Below, piece by piece: positions 19,490-28,865 of a stretch of DNA of 64,000 bases. Each line of letters starts with the position of its first letter. Position 1 is the stretch's first letter. This DNA comes from a virus (Duplodnaviria > Heunggongvirae > Uroviricota > Caudoviricetes), in IMG/VR virus record IMGVR_UViG_3300039159_000198. The stretch is one strand, 5' to 3'. The notes beneath the pieces were generated by a model. That model was not told the origin of the DNA and did no database searches. It saw nothing but the letters and a program-made list of their open reading frames with translations. The position numbers and the translations under genes are program-made.

Positions 19490-22400
19490 ATGGCAACAGC
19501 ACAAGCAAATCAAAAAGTCTTCGTTTCACCGGGAGTTTATACTTCAGAAACCGACTTATCATTCGTGGCACAAAGTGTAGGTGTTACTACATTAGGATTA
19601 GTTGGTGAGACTTTAAAAGGTCCAGCCTTTGAACCGGTGTTTATAACAAACTATAACGAATTCCAATCATTTTTTGGTGGTACAGAACCAACAAAATTTA
19701 TCAATACACAAATTCCTAAATATGAAGCGTCATATATCGCTAAATCTTACTTACAACAATCAAATCAATTGTTTGTTACAAGAATCTTAGGTTTATCAGG
19801 ATACGATGCGGGACCATCTTGGAGTATTAGAGTTACGGCTAACGTCGACCCTACCACAGTAATTCAAAGTCCAACAGGAGCAACTTCATGGTCTGTTTCA
19901 TTTACAGGTTCAACAAGTGCGGGTACGGTTAATTTTGTAAGTGGTTCATTCCCAACTGTAGTTCAAGCAAATTTTAATACACAATATAGACTTTCAGATG
20001 GTAGTACTTCTACATACAACAACGATATTACAACAAGTATTCTAAATGTTGTTGGTGACCCAACATTATCGGCAACTACAGCAGTTGCTTACGGACCGAT
20101 TCCTGAAGGAGATTATTGGTCATTAATTAATCAGTATGGAAGTATTGTAAACGCTTATGGTGTTGATAATACTAATTTAGTGTTAAATGATTTAGAGGCG
20201 GGTAGTAATGATTCTTGGTTTTATGCGAACTTTAATAACTTTACGGGTAATTCTTATTCAGGATATTCTTTTGATTATGTATTTGACTCTATTGTTACTG
20301 GTATGACTGATGATTTTTCGGGTAGTATATCGGGTGAGTATTATCATTTCATAGGTACTGCTTATACTGAATATAATAATATGGTTGTCGCAACACTTCG
20401 TTCAAGAGGTATTTCATTATACACTAATTCCTCAACGAGTGATAATCACGGACCAATTTATGAAGTAAATGATGAAAATAATGTAATAATATTAAATACG
20501 GACCAATATGCTAGTATAGATAAGAATCCTTATACTGCGTTTGGTTTATCGGGTATAACTAAAGATGGGGATAATTTTACATTTGAAACTAATCTATCTG
20601 CATCGTCTTCTAAATTTATTACTAAAGTTTTAGGTGTCGATAATTTTGGAAAATCAAGAAATGAAGTTCCATTGTTTGTTGAAGAGATTTACCCTGCGTC
20701 ATTAGCATATGCGTATAACCAAGGATATATTAAAGGTATTAATCCTGAATTAGTTGCATTACCTGAAGCAAGAACTCAAAATCCTTCCTCTATTGCGTAT
20801 AGTGTTGGTCAATATCAATCACCAAGTACTCCTTATTTAGTATCTGAATTAAGAGGTAATAAAGTATTTAAATTATTTAAATTTATATCAATCTCCGATG
20901 GAGATGCTGCGAATGTTGAGGTTAAAGTTTCTATTGCAAACCTATCGTTTAACAATATGACGTTTGATGTATTAGTAAGAAATTTCTTTGATACTGATAC
21001 TAATCCTGTTGTTATTGAGAAATTTACAAATTGTAATATGGACCCTAATTCTAATAACTTTGTGGCTAAGAAACTTGGTACTGCAAATGGGGAATACGCA
21101 TTATTATCTAAATATGTAATGGTTGAATTAGCGGACGAAGCACCAATTGATGCAATTCCTTGTGGATTTGAAGGTTATACTCAAAGAGAATATGATACAG
21201 TATTAAACCCATCACCGGTTCCAAAATTTAAAACAAAATATTTCTTTCCGGGAGAAACAATTTCTGACCCACCATTTGGAGCAGCATCGGGAGGTTCAAA
21301 TCTTGTGGAATCTCCGGGAGATGTTGTTAGAAGAACTTATTTAGGTTTCTCAACACAATATGGTATTGACGAATCGTTCTTGTCTTATAAAGGTAAACAA
21401 ACTCCACAATCATGGGTTATTGCACCACAACCAATTGAAGGATTGAATTGGAATTATGTTAGTAAAGGTTTCCACATGGATTCAGGAGCAACGGTTGTTA
21501 CAATTTCAAATAGTTCATTAACTAGTGGTCAAACCGCTTTTGAATGTGGTACCGCTGATTTTAGAAATGACCCTGAAACTCAAGAAAACCCATATTACTT
21601 TATATATTCAAGAAAATATACAGTATGTTTTGCTGGTGGATTTGACGGATGGGATATCTATAGAGAATTTAGAACCAATCAAGATAGATTTCAATTAGGA
21701 CAATCAGGATTTTTAGCGGGAGCGTCATCTTCTACAAGATACCCTAACGCTACAGGTAGTGGTTTATTCAAAAGAATTACTGTTGGAAACAATACTCAAG
21801 ATTTTGCAAATACTGACTACTACGCTTACCTACTTGGTATTTTAACCTTCAGAAACCCTGAGGCAACCAACATTAATATTTTAGCAACATCTAGCATTGA
21901 TTATGTGAATAACTCAAATCTTGTTGAAGAAACTATTGATATGGTTCAATACCAAAGAGCGGACTCAGTGTATATTGCAACAACACCTGATTATAATATG
22001 TATACCCCGGATTCAACTAACTCTCAAGATATTATTTATCCTCAAGAATCTGTTGATAATTTGGACAATACGGGAATTGACTCTAACTATACCGCAACAT
22101 ATTATCCTTGGATTTTAACAAGAGATACAGTAAATAATACACAAATTTATTTACCTGCGACAGGTGAAGTTTGTAGAAACTTAGCATTAACCGATAACAT
22201 CGCTTTCCCATGGTTCGCATCTGCGGGTTATACAAGAGGTCTTGTTAATTCTGTTAAAGCAAGACTTAAACTAACTCAAGAAGATAGAGATACACTATAT
22301 CAAGGTAGAATTAATCCAATTGCTACATTCTCGGATGTGGGTACAGTAATTTGGGGTAATAAAACATTACAAGTTGCTGACACGGCACTTAACAGATTGA

Positions 22401-22702
22401 ACGTAAGAAGATTATTACTTCAAGCTCGTAAGTTGATTTCAGCGGTGGCAGTAAGATTATTGTTTGAACAAAACGACCAAATCGTTAGACAACAATTCTT
22501 AGATAGTGTTAATCCAATCTTAGATTCAATTAGGAGAGATAGAGGTTTATACGATTTCCGTGTAACAGTTTCATCTTTACCTGAAGACTTAGACCGAAAT
22601 ACATTAACAGGTAAAATTTACTTGAAACCTACGAAAGCATTGGAATTCATTGACATTGAATTCTTCATTACCCCAACAGGAGCTTCGTTTGAGAATATTT
22701 AA
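19490..22702 (+). CDS. contractile tail sheath protein
   Basis: SPGVYTSETD; PWFASAG..RG; RINPI; WGNKT; RLNVRRLL; IYLKPT.ALEFI. Confidence 0.95.
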   Translation: MATAQANQKVFVSPGVYTSETDLSFVAQSVGVTTLGLVGETLKGPAFEPVFITNYNEFQSFFGGTEPTKFINTQIPKYEASYIAKSYLQQSNQLFVTRILGLSGYDAGPSWSIRVTANVDPTTVIQSPTGATSWSVSFTGSTSAGTVNFVSGSFPTVVQANFNTQYRLSDGSTSTYNNDITTSILNVVGDPTLSATTAVAYGPIPEGDYWSLINQYGSIVNAYGVDNTNLVLNDLEAGSNDSWFYANFNNFTGNSYSGYSFDYVFDSIVTGMTDDFSGSISGEYYHFIGTAYTEYNNMVVATLRSRGISLYTNSSTSDNHGPIYEVNDENNVIILNTDQYASIDKNPYTAFGLSGITKDGDNFTFETNLSASSSKFITKVLGVDNFGKSRNEVPLFVEEIYPASLAYAYNQGYIKGINPELVALPEARTQNPSSIAYSVGQYQSPSTPYLVSELRGNKVFKLFKFISISDGDAANVEVKVSIANLSFNNMTFDVLVRNFFDTDTNPVVIEKFTNCNMDPNSNNFVAKKLGTANGEYALLSKYVMVELADEAPIDAIPCGFEGYTQREYDTVLNPSPVPKFKTKYFFPGETISDPPFGAASGGSNLVESPGDVVRRTYLGFSTQYGIDESFLSYKGKQTPQSWVIAPQPIEGLNWNYVSKGFHMDSGATVVTISNSSLTSGQTAFECGTADFRNDPETQENPYYFIYSRKYTVCFAGGFDGWDIYREFRTNQDRFQLGQSGFLAGASSSTRYPNATGSGLFKRITVGNNTQDFANTDYYAYLLGILTFRNPEATNINILATSSIDYVNNSNLVEETIDMVQYQRADSVYIATTPDYNMYTPDSTNSQDIIYPQESVDNLDNTGIDSNYTATYYPWILTRDTVNNTQIYLPATGEVCRNLALTDNIAFPWFASAGYTRGLVNSVKARLKLTQEDRDTLYQGRINPIATFSDVGTVIWGNKTLQVADTALNRLNVRRLLLQARKLISAVAVRLLFEQNDQIVRQQFLDSVNPILDSIRRDRGLYDFRVTVSSLPEDLDRNTLTGKIYLKPTKALEFIDIEFFITPTGASFENI

Positions 22703-22712
22703 TAAAAACCAT

Positions 22713-22736
22713 AAGTGGGGGTAACTCCCCACTTTT
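22713..22736 (+). terminator. intrinsic terminator
   Basis: AAGTGGGGG-TAAC-TCCCCACTTTT. Confidence 0.7.
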
Positions 22737-22744
22737 AGCCAACT

Positions 22745-23575
22745 ATGAAAAAAATTACAATAAAAGAAGGGATTAATGAACAGGGGACACCTGATATGAA
22801 ATATTACGCATTCGATTGGGATGATAATATTGTTCATATGCCGACAAAAATTATTCTTAAAACTAAAGAAGGAGATGAAGTTGGTATGAGTACTGATGAT
22901 TTTGCGGAATATAGACATAAGATAGGTAAAGAACCATTTGAATATAATGGTGATACGATTATTGGTTTTGCGGAAGAACCATATAGAAATTTTGGAGTTA
23001 AAGGTAACAAAGATTTTTTAATTGATGCCATGAGAGCTAAACTTGGACCAGCGTTTGACGACTTTAGAGAGGCTATTAACGGAGGTTCTATATTTTCCAT
23101 CATAACGGCTAGAGGACATAGTCCAAGTACCTTAAAACAGGGTATTTATAATTATATCATAAAAGGGTTTCACGGTATTGATAAAGATGAACTAATAAAA
23201 AATTTAAAGAAATATAGAAGTATTTTTGGTGATGATGAGATGAGTGACGGTGAATTAATAAAAAACTATTTAGATATGTGTAGATTCCATCCGGTGTCTT
23301 ATAATGACCCTGAAGGAGCGTCAAATCCTGAGGAAGCTAAAGTTCGGGCAATGGATAAATTTGTTGACTATATTAAAGAAACTTCTTCTAAATTAGATAA
23401 AAAAGCATTTCTTAAAAAAGACATTAGTAATAATTTTGTACCATCAAAACCGACTATTGGGTTTTCAGACGATGATATAAGAAATGTGGAAGTAATGAGT
23501 AAACATTTTAAAGACAAACCTGGTAATATTGTTAAAACTTATTCAACTGCAGGAGGAATAAAAAAAGAATATTAA
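22745..23575 (+). CDS. HAD-superfamily phosphatase
   Basis: Motif I FDWDDN, motif II ITARG, motif IV GFSDDD. Confidence 0.75.
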   Translation: MKKITIKEGINEQGTPDMKYYAFDWDDNIVHMPTKIILKTKEGDEVGMSTDDFAEYRHKIGKEPFEYNGDTIIGFAEEPYRNFGVKGNKDFLIDAMRAKLGPAFDDFREAINGGSIFSIITARGHSPSTLKQGIYNYIIKGFHGIDKDELIKNLKKYRSIFGDDEMSDGELIKNYLDMCRFHPVSYNDPEGASNPEEAKVRAMDKFVDYIKETSSKLDKKAFLKKDISNNFVPSKPTIGFSDDDIRNVEVMSKHFKDKPGNIVKTYSTAGGIKKEY

Positions 23576-23776
23576 CTAGAAAAAAAAACTAGAATTAAAT
23601 AAACTAGTTATAAATAAATTAATAAAAAACTAGTAATAAAAAAACTAGAATTAAATAAACTAGTTATAAATAAATTAATAAAAAACTAGTAATAAAAAAA
23701 CTAGAATTAAATAAACTAGTTATAAATAAATTAATAAAAAACTAGTAATAAAAAAACTAGAATTAAATAAACTAGT
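23576..23776. repeat. tandem array, 56-bp unit, about 3.5 copies, 12 CTAG sites
   Basis: CTAGAATTAAAT recurs at 23589, 23645, 23701, 23757. Confidence 0.95.
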
Positions 23777-23877
23777 CTGGACTATAATAATAAACATTTA
23801 ATTTCAGAAAGTCAATAAAAATATTTCCTATTTGGATATATTTATTATAATAAACAAAAAAAAATAATTTAAATAAT

Positions 23878-24366
23878 ATGGCTGATTTATTAATGAAAAT
23901 GCCGATTCCTTACGAACCGAAAAGACAGAATCGATTTATACTAAGGTTCCCATCAAGTTTAGGAATTAACGAATGGTTTGTTGAGAGTGCTAAAAGACCT
24001 GCAATTAAAATTGCGTCAACTGAAATACAATTTTTAAATACGTCAACATTTGTTGCAGGTAGATTTAATTGGGATGAAATTTCTGTTAAATTTAGAGACC
24101 CAATTGGTCCTTCTGCATCACAAGCTCTTATGGAGTGGGTTCGTTTACACGCTGAATCAGTAACAGGTCGTATGGGTTACGCCGCGGGATATAAGAAAGA
24201 TATTGATTTAGAAATGTTAGACCCAACAGGTGTTGTTGTTGAAAAATGGATTTTATATGGTACATTTTTGACTAATGTTGATTTTGGGGCGTTATCTTAT
24301 AGTACTGATGCTCTTGCTGACATTACAGTATCTCTTCGTATGGATAGATGTGTGCTCGTTTATTAG
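23878..24366 (+). CDS. tail tube protein, T4 gp19-like
   Basis: EPKRQNRF...W..I.V.F.DPI...EW...YKKD..L..LDP.G.VVEKW. Confidence 0.85.
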   Translation: MADLLMKMPIPYEPKRQNRFILRFPSSLGINEWFVESAKRPAIKIASTEIQFLNTSTFVAGRFNWDEISVKFRDPIGPSASQALMEWVRLHAESVTGRMGYAAGYKKDIDLEMLDPTGVVVEKWILYGTFLTNVDFGALSYSTDALADITVSLRMDRCVLVY

Positions 24367-24430
24367 TTTTTTTTACATAACCTTTACAACCTAAATATAA
24401 ATCCGTATATTTATCATCAAATGATAATAT

Positions 24431-26011
24431 ATGGATTTTTCTTTTTTTACAACAGACAATAAGTCGGGATATAAAACTACTGAAAAGTGGTTATCAAAAA
24501 ATTACCCCCAACTTTACAACACAATTATTAATTATTCTTTAAAAATTGATTTAGAATTACCTTTTAAGGAAAAAATATGGTTTTATTATAATAATCTAAT
24601 GGAAAGACCTAAGTGTTTAACCTGTGGTTCAGAAATTAAGTTTAGAGGTAGATTTGACAACCCTTACGGTGAGTTCTGTAAGATTAACTGTTTCAACGGA
24701 AATAAAGAAGAAATGGTTAAAAGGCAAACCAATACATTCCAAAAAAAATATGGAGTTAATTATTATCCACAACATAAAGATTTTATTGGAAAACAAAAGA
24801 AAACCAAATTAGAAAAATATGGTGATGAAAATTTCAATAATACTGAAAAGTCAAAAAACACTAAAAAGTTAAAATATGATGACGAACATTATAATAACTC
24901 TGAAAAGTATAAAAAAACTTGTTTAGACAAATACGGTGAGGATAATTATTCAAGGACAAACAATTATAAAAATAAAATAATTGAAACCTATAAATCTCTT
25001 TATCCTAAAATTAATTTTACTGAGGTTAACAAATCGACGGTTATTATTAATTGTGATGTTTGTAATGGTGATTCCGAAATCACAAAACAATTATTATATG
25101 AAAGAGACAAGAGAAATTATAATCCTTGTATAGTGTGTAACCCTGTTGGAAATTCAAGTAGAAGCGGTTATGAAAGTGAAATTTGTAATTTTTTAACTGA
25201 AAATGGAATTGAATTTAAAACAAACGTAAAAATACCAAACAAAAATACTGAAATTGACATTTTCTTACCACTTTATAATTTGGGGTTAGAGGTAAATGGT
25301 GTTTATTGGCATAATGAGTTATTTAAACCAAAAAACTATCATTTAAAAAAAACTAATGATTGCGAGGAATCCGGAATTAGTTTAATTCATATATTTGAGG
25401 ATGAGTGGTTATATAATAAAGAAATTGTTATGTCAATATTGTTAAATAAAATAGGTAAGACGCCAACATTAATTTATGGGAGACAATGTGAAATAATTGA
25501 AATAACTTCTAATGTTTCCAAAAAGTTTTTAATTGAAAATCACATTCAAGGTAATGTTAATTCTAAAGTAAAACTTGGGTTAACTTATCAGGGTAAATTG
25601 GTTTCTGTTATGACATTTTCTAAGGGAAGAATTTTAATGGGAGGCAAGAGTGATGAGTGGGAGTTAAATAGGTTTAGTAATTTGACTAATGTGAATGTTA
25701 TTGGTGGGGCATCAAAACTATTTAAACATTTTTTAAAAACACAAAACCCAATCAAAATTGTGTCTTATTCGGATATTAGAATTTTTAATGGAGGTATGTA
25801 TGATAAATTGGGGTTTAAAAAAATATCTCAATCAAAACCTAATTATTGGTACGTTCTTAATGATGTTAGAAAACATAGGTTTGGATTTAGAAAATCAATT
25901 TTGGTTAAAGAAGGTTTTGATAAAAACTTAACTGAACAAAAAATTATGTTTGATAGAAAAATATATAGAATTTATGATTGTGGAAATATTCGTTGGGAGT
26001 ACTCTTTATAA
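24431..26011 (+). CDS. Hef-like homing endonuclease (KYG repeats, Vsr/PD-(D/E)xK domain, C-terminal GNAT/Mom-like domain)
   Basis: Repeated KYG.EN; EIDIFLP..LEVNGVYWH; NHIQG...WELNRF...GGASKL...SYSD...IYDCG. Confidence 0.7.
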   Translation: MDFSFFTTDNKSGYKTTEKWLSKNYPQLYNTIINYSLKIDLELPFKEKIWFYYNNLMERPKCLTCGSEIKFRGRFDNPYGEFCKINCFNGNKEEMVKRQTNTFQKKYGVNYYPQHKDFIGKQKKTKLEKYGDENFNNTEKSKNTKKLKYDDEHYNNSEKYKKTCLDKYGEDNYSRTNNYKNKIIETYKSLYPKINFTEVNKSTVIINCDVCNGDSEITKQLLYERDKRNYNPCIVCNPVGNSSRSGYESEICNFLTENGIEFKTNVKIPNKNTEIDIFLPLYNLGLEVNGVYWHNELFKPKNYHLKKTNDCEESGISLIHIFEDEWLYNKEIVMSILLNKIGKTPTLIYGRQCEIIEITSNVSKKFLIENHIQGNVNSKVKLGLTYQGKLVSVMTFSKGRILMGGKSDEWELNRFSNLTNVNVIGGASKLFKHFLKTQNPIKIVSYSDIRIFNGGMYDKLGFKKISQSKPNYWYVLNDVRKHRFGFRKSILVKEGFDKNLTEQKIMFDRKIYRIYDCGNIRWEYSL

Positions 26012-26071
26012 AAAAACAAACTCAATTATATTTAACCGTAAAGACAATAAACTTTACGGTTATTTTTTTAT

Positions 26072-26815
26072 ATGGAAAATCAAACAGCAGATTATGCACA
26101 ACAAAATTTTACCTTACCACATGATGTAGTCCCACTACCATCGGGAGGAATATTTTACAAAAACAAAAAGAAATCTATTAAGGTAGGTTATCTTACGGCA
26201 AACGATGAAAACATTTTAATGGCCGGTGGAACTGACATGACCACAAATTTATTAAGAAGTAAAATTTACGAACCAGATATCAGAGTTGAAGATATGTTAG
26301 AAGGCGACGTTGAGGCGGTTTTAATCTTTTTAAGAAACACAGGATTTGGTCCCGAAATTAATTTAAATTTAATTGACCCTTTAACTCGAAAACCATTTCA
26401 ATCAGTAGTACTCTTAGACCAGTTATCGATTAAAAATGGTCAAACACCAAATGAAGAAGGAGTTTTTACAACTACACTACCAAAGTCACAAGTTAGTATT
26501 AAATTAAAAATATTAACATACGGTGAAGTTTTGGAGATAAGTAAATTAGAAGATTCTTATCCTAAAGGAAGAATAGTTCCAAAAATTACTTGGAGACTTC
26601 AAAAAGAAATTGTTGAGGTAAATGGAAATACCGATAAATCAGAAATAGCAAAGTTTATTGAACAAATGCCAATTATGGATTCAAAATACATAAGAAATTT
26701 TATGGATGAGAATGAACCACGATTGAATTTAAGTAAAGAAGTAATCACCCCATCAGGAGAAAAGATGACAGTTAATGTCGGATTTGGGGTTGACTTTTTT
26801 CGTCCTTTCTTCTGA
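26072..26815 (+). CDS. baseplate hub/tail assembly chaperone (gp26-like)
   Basis: LPS.G.FY...LTA.DE.IL; ends DFFRPFF; between tube and tape measure. Confidence 0.65.
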   Translation: MENQTADYAQQNFTLPHDVVPLPSGGIFYKNKKKSIKVGYLTANDENILMAGGTDMTTNLLRSKIYEPDIRVEDMLEGDVEAVLIFLRNTGFGPEINLNLIDPLTRKPFQSVVLLDQLSIKNGQTPNEEGVFTTTLPKSQVSIKLKILTYGEVLEISKLEDSYPKGRIVPKITWRLQKEIVEVNGNTDKSEIAKFIEQMPIMDSKYIRNFMDENEPRLNLSKEVITPSGEKMTVNVGFGVDFFRPFF

Positions 26816-26954
26816 TTATAGAAAAGGTCAAATAGATGAATTCTATTATTTAAACACATTACTCAGTATAAGTTATCAGGATTTTCAAACAATGCCATTA
26901 TTTGTTAGAAAATATTTGTTAGATAAATGGATTGAAGAACACCAAAAGGACTGA
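26775..26954 (+). CDS. short gp51-like ORF or frameshift extension of the upstream chaperone (not in ORF track)
   Basis: +1 frame ...LSSDYRKGQIDEFYYL...FQTMPLFVRKYLLDKW. Confidence 0.55.
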   Translation: MSDLGLTFFVLSSDYRKGQIDEFYYLNTLLSISYQDFQTMPLFVRKYLLDKWIEEHQKD

Positions 26955-26969
26955 AAACTCAGTCCTTTT
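26945..26969 (+). terminator. intrinsic terminator
   Basis: AAAAGGACTGA-AAAC-TCAGTCCTTTT. Confidence 0.7.
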
Positions 26970-26997
26970 GTATTTATATGTAAATACTATTTAAATT

Positions 26998-28842
26998 ATG
27001 GCAGACGGAGACGATAAAAAACACGAAGAATTAAAAAAACTTTTAGTCGGAAATAATCAAGAAAAATCTTTTGCGACAAAAATGTCAGAAGAAGCTACTG
27101 TAACTTTTAAGACATTATCTAAATCGATTCAAGAGAATTATAACGCTCAAGTAGAACTTAATAGGTCTTTTGGCCAAGGTCAGGAAAGATTAGTCGAAAT
27201 GCAAAAGGCTATTTCGGATGCTGTTCCAAAAGTTACCCGTTTAGGGGGTTCAATAACCGATGTTCAGACAGCGATGAGTGAAATTGCTCTTGCTTCAAAT
27301 CGTAATGTTGTATCTAATAGTAAAGATGTTGAAAAACTTTATGCCGCTACAAAATTAATTGATGAGTCCGCCGGAAGTTTAACTAATTCATTTTTGGATA
27401 TTGGGGTTGGTGTTAGTGAAATACCAAAACAATTGGAGTCTTCAATTAATTATATTCAAAGTATTGGAGGTAACACTAGAAAAGTAATGAAAGATGTTAC
27501 CGCAAATATGGACCAAATGAACCGTTATCAGTTTGAAGGCGGTGTTGCTGGTTTAACTAAAATGGCTGCTCAAGCATCTATGTTAAGATTTAATATGTCT
27601 GATACATTTGCACTGGCAGAAAAAGTTTTAGACCCGGAAGGAGCTATTGAAACTGCTGCGGCATTTCAAAGACTTGGTGTATCTGCGGGTAATTTAACAG
27701 ACCCATTTCAATTAATGAATCTATCGATTAATGACCCATCAGGATTACAAACTAGTTTGGCTGATGTTTCTAAACAATTTACATATTTTGATGATAAAAC
27801 TAAGACTTTTAAAATAAACCCTCAAGGGGTATTGACTCTTAAAGAAATGGAAAAATCCGCTGGATTATCTGCGGGTTCATTATCAAAAATGGGATTGGCG
27901 GCAGCAGAATTAGACCAAAGAATTTCAGCAATCAATATGGCGGGTTTAACCATTGGAAGTGAGGAAGACAAACAATATTTGGCAAATATTGCTAATATGG
28001 AAGACGGGACATATAAAGTCAGTCTTGAAGATGGTACTAAAAAAGAATTGTCGGAATTAAGTCAACCTGAATTTGATAAATTAATTAAAGAACAAAAAAC
28101 TGGTCCAAAAACTCTTGAAGAGATTGCTAAATCACAATTAAAAATTGATGAATCTATGTTGTTGGATGTTAGGTCAATTAGAGAATCATTTGTAAAAGGA
28201 ATTGTTAGTTCAAAACAGATAGGTAAAGGAATTGCCGGAGCTCAAAGAGTTGGAAAAGCTGTTTTTGGAGAAGCATCATCGGCAATTAATGCTAAAGATT
28301 TTAGGAATATTAGTGAAGAATTAATAACTAATTTAGGTATTGTTGCAACAGATTTAAAACAAGGTAATAAACCACTTACAGATGTCTTATCAAATAGTTT
28401 AAATAGAGCCGCAGATACTTTTGATGAGGCTAGAAAAAACTTTTCAGAAATTTTTAAAGGTTATAAACAAAAAGTCTCAGAAAAAATAACAAATCAAACT
28501 GTTGGAGAGAGTATGTTGAAAAATATTATTAGTGAGGATATTAAACCTTCAGTAAGTAATTCAAAAGTCTCAACAACACCTTTAAATCCATCCGGAGTAA
28601 ATAATACAAGTACATTACAGAATAATCAACCATCTTCAACTACAACAACAAATCAAACAAATCAAACTATTGATGTTGGTGGAAAAATAGTTGTGGATAT
28701 TACAGCACCTGCGGGTATTAATACACAACAACTTCAACAAATATTTACAGATACGTTTAATAGTAATAGTTTTGTTAATCATATTGTTGGAATAACAAGT
28801 TCAAAAACATTAAAAGAACCAATGTCAAAAACATACGCTTAA
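26998..28842 (+). CDS. putative tape measure protein
   Basis: Helical A/S/Q/K-rich composition; follows tube and chaperone. Confidence 0.55.
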   Translation: MADGDDKKHEELKKLLVGNNQEKSFATKMSEEATVTFKTLSKSIQENYNAQVELNRSFGQGQERLVEMQKAISDAVPKVTRLGGSITDVQTAMSEIALASNRNVVSNSKDVEKLYAATKLIDESAGSLTNSFLDIGVGVSEIPKQLESSINYIQSIGGNTRKVMKDVTANMDQMNRYQFEGGVAGLTKMAAQASMLRFNMSDTFALAEKVLDPEGAIETAAAFQRLGVSAGNLTDPFQLMNLSINDPSGLQTSLADVSKQFTYFDDKTKTFKINPQGVLTLKEMEKSAGLSAGSLSKMGLAAAELDQRISAINMAGLTIGSEEDKQYLANIANMEDGTYKVSLEDGTKKELSELSQPEFDKLIKEQKTGPKTLEEIAKSQLKIDESMLLDVRSIRESFVKGIVSSKQIGKGIAGAQRVGKAVFGEASSAINAKDFRNISEELITNLGIVATDLKQGNKPLTDVLSNSLNRAADTFDEARKNFSEIFKGYKQKVSEKITNQTVGESMLKNIISEDIKPSVSNSKVSTTPLNPSGVNNTSTLQNNQPSSTTTTNQTNQTIDVGGKIVVDITAPAGINTQQLQQIFTDTFNSNSFVNHIVGITSSKTLKEPMSKTYA

Positions 28843-28865
28843 CCTATTTATAAATAAAATCGTAG

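Noticed and set aside
23576-23776. CRISPR array
   Set aside because: Units are identical head-to-tail with no unique spacers, and no cas genes are seen
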